Origin: Owenia fusiformis
Taxonomy: Eukaryota
Direction of reading: 5' to 3'
DNA length: 64,000 nt
NCBI GenBank assembly: GCA_903813345.2
Contig: CAIIXF020000001.1
Span: forward strand, 41,106,001-41,170,000
Shown here: positions 56,611 through 64,000 of the stretch, in pieces
Numbering within the stretch: the stretch's first letter is position 1
Layout: each line of letters opens with the position of its first letter
Translations under genes and position numbers: made by a program
Notes under the pieces: generated by a model
Seen by the model: the letters and a program-made list of their open reading frames with translations, nothing else
Database searches by the model: none
Told to the model about the DNA's origin: nothing

Positions 56611-58170
56611 TCAGGATCCATTTACACCCTCAGATTCCTCACGCAAATTCTTCCTGAAATAGATTTTGACAAATTCATGACGTAAAGCCCTGCTAGTGAG
56701 GAGTGTCAAACATTGTATAATACTATAAAGACACAATACAAATATTGAATATAAGAGATGGAACAGTTGACAGTCATTCATTCGAAACGTTATTTGTACA
56801 ACCATGTGGAACAATGTCACGAGAACCAAAACGACAACCTCGCTGGCAATTAATTTGTATTCCCACTTGAGATCTTTTCGGCGTGAAGGATGGGCGATAC
56901 TGAGATGCGGTTGTTGGTTTTGGTGATGCTCTCTGCCAGGATTTGATACAGTAAATACTTTGACTGGCGACTTTGCCGGGGAAATCTTGTTCCATTTGTT
57001 AACTTTTTGACAATCCAAAGTCTCATTTCCATTTCTGGAATAAGTTTTATTTAGCCCTTGTTTAGCATTTACTTTTACAAAACTATTGAACGTCACCCCA
57101 ATGTCACTGATTATTTTGTGCATTTGTGGCTCTTCATTGGGAAGTTCTTTGGCATCTGGCTCATTATTTTCTGATTCACTCAAATCTACATGAATCTGGA
57201 ATGTATCAACAATGTCGGTTTGCGTATGAACTGGTATGTTTGACTCTGTCTGATGGCCATGCACGTTTTCAAGCTGACGGACGTTTGACGCATCAGCTGG
57301 TATGGACTCTATCTGACGGCCAAGCTTGCAAATGTTGGACGCATCGGTTGGTATGTTTGACTGACGGATATCCCAAGCGATCTTAGGAATATTGGACGTC
57401 ATATGATCATTTGATATGTTCAACTCTGTCTGACGGCCACGTGTATTATTTAGCTTACGAATCTGGAATGTATTAACTGACGCTTGCATGCTTAACTGAT
57501 TTTGTCTGGTAATGACATTGGGCTGAACATGTACAGTAAAAATCTTCTTCTTTAAGGACCATAACATCTTAGAATGTACAATTACCGTGAGACCAAAACA
57601 GCATATGTCAGCAACATTGTCCACCCAAACAAGGTCCTTGTTATCTGGTATTATGACAAGTATTCCACAGTAAAGCCATACTATGACTGACATGACACAA
57701 ATTACCCACCAGGGAATCCGTATATATGGTTGAGTAATTTTCATCATCCTAACGATTCCAATCAAACAAAGGTATTTCATACTCAACCTGCAAAATGGCA
57801 AATATTTCCTCCATGTAAAAGCCCCTGGCAAGTTACATTCGTTAAAGTCCAAGGCCACGAGAATGCCTATTATTAATTCTTTGAGTATGCCGCAAATGTG
57901 AACGAAAACTTGTACAAAATGAAATGTATTCTCTCGAATATGCAATCTTTTTCCTTTGTATGATAGAAACAGCCAGTTTATTTGAATGGACATGGCTATG
58001 CAGCAAAATATGATAACAACTGCAGAGGCCGTTCTGTTATAATACCCAAATCCACATGTGTCGCTTTGCTCGACTGTTAAATTGTTCTTAACAGTAGTAA
58101 AAGCAATGTCCGTATTGCCACGTTCATTCATTTTGCTTTTAGGCTGCAGCTTTTCGTCGAGGTGCCCCAC
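56611..58170 (-). CDS. Intronless divergent 7-TM GPCR-like protein (rhodopsin-family-like orphan)
   Basis: 519-codon ORF (first ATG 58131) in AT-rich DNA; five hydrophobic helices, a ~230-aa polar loop, then two more helices. IVRMMKITQPY at the DRY..I..P position, TM4 Trp, and helix-8-like TSRALRHEF. Confidence 0.7.
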   Translation of the reverse strand: MGHLDEKLQPKSKMNERGNTDIAFTTVKNNLTVEQSDTCGFGYYNRTASAVVIIFCCIAMSIQINWLFLSYKGKRLHIRENTFHFVQVFVHICGILKELIIGILVALDFNECNLPGAFTWRKYLPFCRLSMKYLCLIGIVRMMKITQPYIRIPWWVICVMSVIVWLYCGILVIIPDNKDLVWVDNVADICCFGLTVIVHSKMLWSLKKKIFTVHVQPNVITRQNQLSMQASVNTFQIRKLNNTRGRQTELNISNDHMTSNIPKIAWDIRQSNIPTDASNICKLGRQIESIPADASNVRQLENVHGHQTESNIPVHTQTDIVDTFQIHVDLSESENNEPDAKELPNEEPQMHKIISDIGVTFNSFVKVNAKQGLNKTYSRNGNETLDCQKVNKWNKISPAKSPVKVFTVSNPGREHHQNQQPHLSIAHPSRRKDLKWEYKLIASEVVVLVLVTLFHMVVQITFRMNDCQLFHLLYSIFVLCLYSIIQCLTLLTSRALRHEFVKIYFRKNLREESEGVNGS

Positions 58171-59889
58171 TTTAAATCCTTGAATATTATATTCATGCGG
58201 AATAGGACTGATGTGATTCTGGAGAAATGCACTCCCTACTCCAATGATATGATTTGAAGTCTAATTGCTAGGTGAGTATGTAACACGACTCTGTGGGCAG
58301 TATTCATTCATGTCATGTGAGTTGACTTGTTAACTATGTGCTAACTGCTCCAAGTTGGTCACTTGTTTTTATATAAAATGGCCAATTACGATGGCATTGA
58401 AATTGAAGGAGCTTAAATAAAAACATGTTCCAGAAAGAAGCTAATGGAAGGCCATGATTCTTCACGATGCGTTAGCCCAGCAAGTAGCCAAAGATGCTCC
58501 CAAAGGTTTATTATTATTATGAACATATTCAAAATGAAATTAGGCCAGTGGGATTAAAACTAAGCTTTTATTCGCGAATGCAACTTTCGGCTGTCGGCTA
58601 CCAGATTAACCTACTATTTTATGGGCAACTCATTTAAATATGAATAGTACCTGCGACCATTCCATCCATATTTAAATGAGTTGAGCTTTGTGGAATATCA
58701 CTTGTGAAAGATGAACAGGTATTCACCGAAAATAGAGTTAAATATTTGTTTTATTATTCACTGTTATATTGCCTACTCACATTAATAGAATGACAAACTA
58801 GGATGTAGGACATGGACCAATCAGAGAGTGGGGAATATGACAGTGATATAATAAATGGGCTATATGTGTCAGAAAATCATAAAAAAGACTGATTATTGCC
58901 AAAGTAAGAGCCAACGGTTCATTACTTTCTGATCGGCATATAGTGCAATGAGACTTTTTCTGAAACTTTAGTAAAATAAACGTACATTATAACATTTGAT
59001 TATCTCAACTATGAGTTGAGATCTGTAAACTCAAATGGGTCAACGTAAACTCATGTTGACTTGACAACGTAGAGTATCTATTTATCATCCAAAATGAAAA
59101 ACGGTTTTGCATAAATTCTCGATGTGTATTTGAGTGTTTCTAGATGTGTATTTGTGTGTTTTATTATGTCCCCACCATATAGTGTGGGGCCATATTGTCG
59201 GCCTAGGCGCGTCCGTCTGTTTGTCTGTCTGTCTGTCCGTCCATACGTCCGGCAGTTTTCTCAAAAACCGCTACAGAAATCACCTTCAAATTTTCAGGGA
59301 TAACTTATAAGTGCTTACAGATGTGGATGAAATTTTTTTTAACTCGATACCTACTTCCTGTCGGCCATTTTGAAGTCAAATGCTAAAATCCTTGTCTGCA
59401 AACTTTAAGAAAAACGGCCTTACAGTTGCTTTTAAAACTTTAATATTTTGTTTTTGGACCTGTTAGCTCAGTCATGTCAGCCATTTTGAATGACTTAAGA
59501 AAAGTTAGCGCGCGATAATACTTTGTATCATATTGAATGGTCTTTTTGAGTTTTCATACTTTAACTATTTAGTAGCTTTATAAATAATTGTAGGTGTACT
59601 TTGTTGTAAAAGCCTATGTTATTGTTAACAGTGGTTATATGTGACAATTTTGTACAAGAACACAAATGTGTACAAAATGTCACCACCAATGGGTGATCCC
59701 ATCAAATGATTATCCTGAGAATGAGAAGACAAACTTTACTGACACAATTTGAGGACGGAAAATCCAAAATGGCCGCCTTAAATTTACCCAGAATGCCCAA
59801 AATTAGTTAGTTCTAGATTTTCATACTAAGAACCAGTGCCACCCCTGAAGATTTGAAATTGATCCATCAAACAGTTAACCACAGAATGC

Positions 59890-61340
59890 CATAAAGAAAA
59901 TAAATATGTTTTGCAATGTATCTGGAATGAAGCTAAATTTAGAAAAAACTGAGGCAATAGGGCTTGGTAAATGGAGTGACAAAAATGGCAAATTTCAAAA
60001 TATACATTTCAAATCTCAACCCATAAAATATCTTGGCATTTATTTTGGATATGACAACAATCAATGTAAGATGAAAAATTGGGATGAAAAAATTGAAGGT
60101 ATGCAAACTTATTTAGAAAAATGGAAAAGAAGAGATTTAACCATTTTTGGAAAAATATTAATAATAAAGTCACTTGCACTCCCAAAACTTATTTATAGTG
60201 CATCTATTCTTCCAATTTCAAAAGATATGATTTTAAAAATAAATACAATACTATTTGGAACGGCAAAGACCGGATTAAAAGAAATATACTATATAAAGAT
60301 ATTTCTGAAGGAGGTGTGAATATGATTAATATCGAAAATCAATTCAGTGCTTTAAAAGCATCTTGGATAGATAGAATTTTCCATCCTGGTGAAAAAAATC
60401 AGTGGAATGTTTTACCCCTGTGGAATTTTAATAAAATAACATCGAATAATGAAATACTCCTTAGAATGAATTTTAATTCTGCTAAAGAGATGCCACTCTT
60501 ATTAAGTATCCCTAAATTTTATCAAGAAGTATTATTAGGTTTCAATAAATGTAAAGACAGAGGGAATAATATAGCTATAAATCATGACAAACTCTGTCAA
60601 GAATCAATTTTTGGAAACTATTTGTTTAAGAAAAATAATGGAGAGTGTCTGTTTTTTAAATCTTGGATAGAAAGCGATATTCTTTATGTAAAGGATATTA
60701 TTGTGAATGGCAATTTACTTAAAGAAGAACATATTTCAGGAAAATTAAAAGACAAGAGAAACTGGATTTCAGAAATATCTTTAGCGAGGAAAATACTGCA
60801 ACCTTTCGAAAAAATAATGAAACCTAAAATTGCTAAGTTTGTAAAAATTATGAAAGGACAATTTTTTTACACAAATAATAAAAAAGTATTCTTCAAAGAT
60901 TAAAAATCTAAGTTTTTCTATAATATCCTAGAATATCATAACAAAGAAAGGATGTACACTAAAGATAAATGGAAGATTGATTTTAAATTTCACATAAATT
61001 GGAAAATGTATTTTAATAACAGGATTATAGCAATTGTTGAGAAAAAGGTAGCTTACTTTAACTTCAAATTATTTCATAATGTTCTTCCATCTTCCATAGA
61101 TCTTTTTAAGTGGAAAAAAGCAGATTCAAAAATTTGCAATTTTTGTAAGGTTGAAAATAATTTAAAACACATTATTTTAGAGTGAGATCAAATAAAAGAC
61201 TTGTGGATCTATATTTCTTCAAAATTAAAAATTAAAATTTCATGGAAAAATATTGTTATTGGCAATAATATTATTTTTAAAAGAAGTCATGAAAATGTCA
61301 TTGATCTTATAATATCAACATTTGCATAACAGCTATAAAT
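59890..61340 (+). pseudogene. Decayed L1/Tx1-clade LINE ORF2 3' fragment
   Basis: SGMKLNLEKTE, IKYLGIYF, WKRRDLTIFGKILIIKSLALPKLIY, EGGVNMIN, FNFKLFHNVLP, CNFC..HIILE*; frameshift near 60255 and stops at 60901 and 61183. Confidence 0.85.
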
Positions 61341-61589
61341 CATGGCTCATTAGCAAAGAAAAAAATTGTCCAAGATTTGGGAGGAACACATTATATTATT
61401 CAATCGCACACCTATATGTATTTATGAAAAGTCCACCTATGAAATTAAAAATATTAAATCATATATACAAAAATTAAAAGAATGAGGTGTTCATGCCGCA
61501 GTCTTAGGCAAACCTTTATTTGTAACCCCACTATCCATTCTTTGGGGAAAATTGTACTTTCTATTATTTTGGAATAAAAAAAAAAAGTT

Positions 61590-62325
61590 AACCAGAAAAC
61601 ATGTAAACAAGACTTAACAAACAAGATTTTAGAATTGAAAATCCAAAATGACTGCCTTGACATTCACCCAGAATGTCAAAAAACTTGTTCAAGATTTTAA
61701 TACTAAGAATCATCCTTGAAAATTTGAAATTGATCTACCAAACGGTTCACCTGAAAACGCGTAGACAAGACTTTACAGGCAAGATTTTAGGACGGAAAAT
61801 CCAAAATGGCTGCCTTGACATTTACCCAGAATGCCAAAAAACTAATCAAATTTAGATTTTCATACTAAGAATCATCCCTGAAAATTCGAAATTGATCTAC
61901 CAAACGGTTCACCTGGAAACGCGTAGACGAGACTTTACAGGCAAGATTTTAACACGGAAAATCCAAAATGGCTGCCTTGACATTTATCCAGAATGCCAAA
62001 AAAATAAGCAGATCTAGATTTTCATACTAAGAATCATCCCTGAAAATTTGAAATTGATCTACCAAACAGTTCACCTGTAAATGCGTAGACAAGACTTTAC
62101 AGGCAAGATTTTAAGACGGAAAATCCAAAATGGCTCCCTTGACATTTACCCTGAACGCCAAAAAACTAATCAGATCTAGATTTTATTACTAAGAATCATC
62201 CCTGAAAATTTGAAATTGATCTACCAAACGGTTCACCTGGAAATGCGTAGACAAGACTAAATACAAACAAGATTTTTAAGACGGAAAATCCAAAATGGTT
62301 GCCTTGACATTTACCCAGAATTTCA
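61590..62325 (+). repeat. ~162-bp tandem array (about 4.5 copies)
   Basis: Unit anchor (g)gaaaatccaaaatg at ~61636, 61794, 61956, 62118, 62283. Confidence 0.85.
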
Positions 62326-62689
62326 AACCATGAAACCAAGAATGTTTGATATTTCTACTAGAATAGTTCGAAGTTTTCACATTCAATCACTTGTCGAACT
62401 TAAAACGGTATGCTGCAGTTCGATGATGTTCAACTGAAATAATCAGTTTACTTTGTTCATTTGCTCGTGATAATATCCTGCTTATTAGGTCAATTAATAC
62501 ATTATGCACATGCATAATGCTGATTAATTAATGTTATTAATGAGTGGCACAAGAGCAAGTAATAATGTACTATGGATCAACTGGAAATGAAGACATGATG
62601 TCTTCGTTTCAGCATGGCCGACTTCCGGGAGAAGAATTTGGTAAGATTTTTCGTTTTCTTGATTTTACCATTTTTATCATATACATCTA

Positions 62690-63262
62690 ACTAAATCCTT
62701 AGTAAAGTCCTTAATTTTTGGACATGGCCTTGTAAATGATAGTTTGTCTTTGTACTTCTCTCCAGTGGCTGCCATTGGAGCTTCTGATATAAGTTGGTAC
62801 GACGCCAAGCTCCATTCTGTAGCCAGCATGGCACAAAAACCAAGCAGCTTGTCTACGAACCATTTTTAACTTTCTGATGTACTTGTTCATACGTGGGTCC
62901 CATACTGAAGATACATATTCCAGATAGGGACTGACACTCTCTTTATTTCATAAAGTTTTTATTCTACTTTTATAAAGGTTTCAGTCTTCATGCAGTTCCA
63001 CTCCAAGGTAGGTGTATTGTTCAACTCAAACTAACTCTTGGTTATTGGTGGTATAGTAGTGCATTATTGGGCTTCCTTTGCTCAAGATGTAGTACTTCTT
63101 GGCATTGAATAGCATTTGCCACGTGTCATACCATTTGTCAAGGCTGTCTAAGGTTGTCAGGTGTCAGACCATTTGTCAAGGCTTTGTAGGTCATTCTGAA
63201 GCTCAAGCAAAGTCATCGGTGTTAGATGACGTGTCATTGCCGATGTCGTTGATATACAGGAG
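62690..63262 (-). pseudogene. Decayed CR1/L2-type LINE RT fragment (copy 1)
   Basis: Minus strand reads LLYINDIGND, LQNDLQSLDKWSDT*, WQMLFNAKK, TYLGVELHED, with stops and deletions. Confidence 0.7.
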
Positions 63263-63269
63263 AGCAGAT

Positions 63270-63740
63270 CTAAATTGTTAGTAAGATCCTTTATTTTTGG
63301 ACATGGCCTTGTACATGATAGTGAGTCTCTGCACTTCTCTCTGGTGGCAAAGCGGCTGCCATTGGAGCTTCTGGTGCAAGCTGGTTACGACCCCAAGCTC
63401 CATTCTGTAGCCATGGCACAAAAACCCCGCGGCTTGTCTCCGTACCATTCTCAACTTTGTGATGTAGGCCTACTTGTCCATATATGGGTCCTATACTGAA
63501 GATGCATATTTCAGATGGGGCCTGACAAGAGTGGTGTATGCCTGTTCCTTGACCTTGTGGACATCTTGCGTGTTATCTGCGGATAAAACCTAGAGGACTC
63601 AAGTTGCTTTACCAATCACACTGTTTATATGAAGGTTCCATTTCATGTCTTCTTGCAGTTCAACTCTAAGGTAGGGGTATTGGTAAGGATGGACTGTTCC
63701 ATGTATTTGAAGTTTGGATTAAGCGTCATAGGAAATGTGT
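63270..63740 (-). pseudogene. Decayed CR1/L2-type LINE RT fragment (copy 2)
   Basis: Minus strand reads YLRVELQEDMKWNLHINSVIGKAT*, LGFIRR, KEQAYTTLVRPHLKYASSV*DPY; DNA similar to 62690-63030. Confidence 0.75.
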
Positions 63741-64000
63741 AACTCACAAAGGAAATTACTTTGAATGTGTAGAATTGATTGAGGAGTAATGTGAACATAA
63801 AATAGTGTTAAAGAAAGTGTTTGTCATCATGTAGACTTGACTGAATGAATAGAGATTGTCGACAATATTTTGAAAAAACACAAGAAAACAATCACCGGAT
63901 GGTATGACTCCCCCATTGTTTTGTCGTTTACTACTTGCCACAATCCAAACGAGATTGTCAACTTTTGTTTGTTAAAAGGATGCATTGTTAGGTGAGTTGT

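Larger units (their letters stand above)
59161..62325 (+). mobile_element. Third HINE-like element (3' end not found) whose ~162-bp tandem array is interrupted by an L1/Tx1 fragment
   Basis: 5' hairpin atgtccccac-catatagt-gtggggccat (59166-93), (GTCT)n ~59210-45; repeat unit ggaaaatccaaaatggctgccttgacatt once at ~59757 and about 5 times at 61590-62325. Confidence 0.55.

Noticed and set aside
62614..62646. Possible first exon of a plus-strand gene (ATGGCCGACTTCCGGGAGAAGAATTTG|gtaaga)
   Set aside because: Only 9 codons, and no supporting downstream exon was identified in the window.
63275..63499. 74-aa plus-strand ORF
   Set aside because: Antisense to a decayed LINE RT fragment.

Overview
AT-rich, intron-rich animal (probably marine invertebrate) genomic DNA, not prokaryotic. 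Four host genes: the 3' part of a sorting nexin-19-like gene (+, 10 exons, 1-10016); a complete uridine phosphorylase (+, 8 coding exons, 15712-32956, 325 aa); a cation-type nicotinic acetylcholine receptor-like Cys-loop subunit (-, 6 exons located, 37756-43626, signal-peptide exon not found) lacking most canonical ACh-binding residues; and an intronless, highly divergent 7-TM GPCR-like gene (-, 56611-58131/58170). Introns and intergenic DNA hold many nested transposons whose ends and target-site duplications (TSDs) can be read directly. These include two 5-6 kb long-TIR elements with 3-bp AWT TSDs (Academ-like, one with a decayed transposase remnant), a 4.6 kb CACTG/EnSpm element containing a 336-bp palindrome, and a CAC-ended element with a 5-bp TSD (Transib/RAG-like signature). 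Also present are several CAG-ended MITEs with 5-bp TSDs (hAT5-like), three Helentron/HINE-like elements carrying tandem arrays, long terminal-hairpin elements, a young 5'-truncated CR1/L2-type LINE, decayed L1/Tx1 and CR1-type LINE fragments, and a degenerate telomere-like tract. No rRNA, tRNA or CRISPR was seen. Family names come from motif recognition only; no database searches were run.
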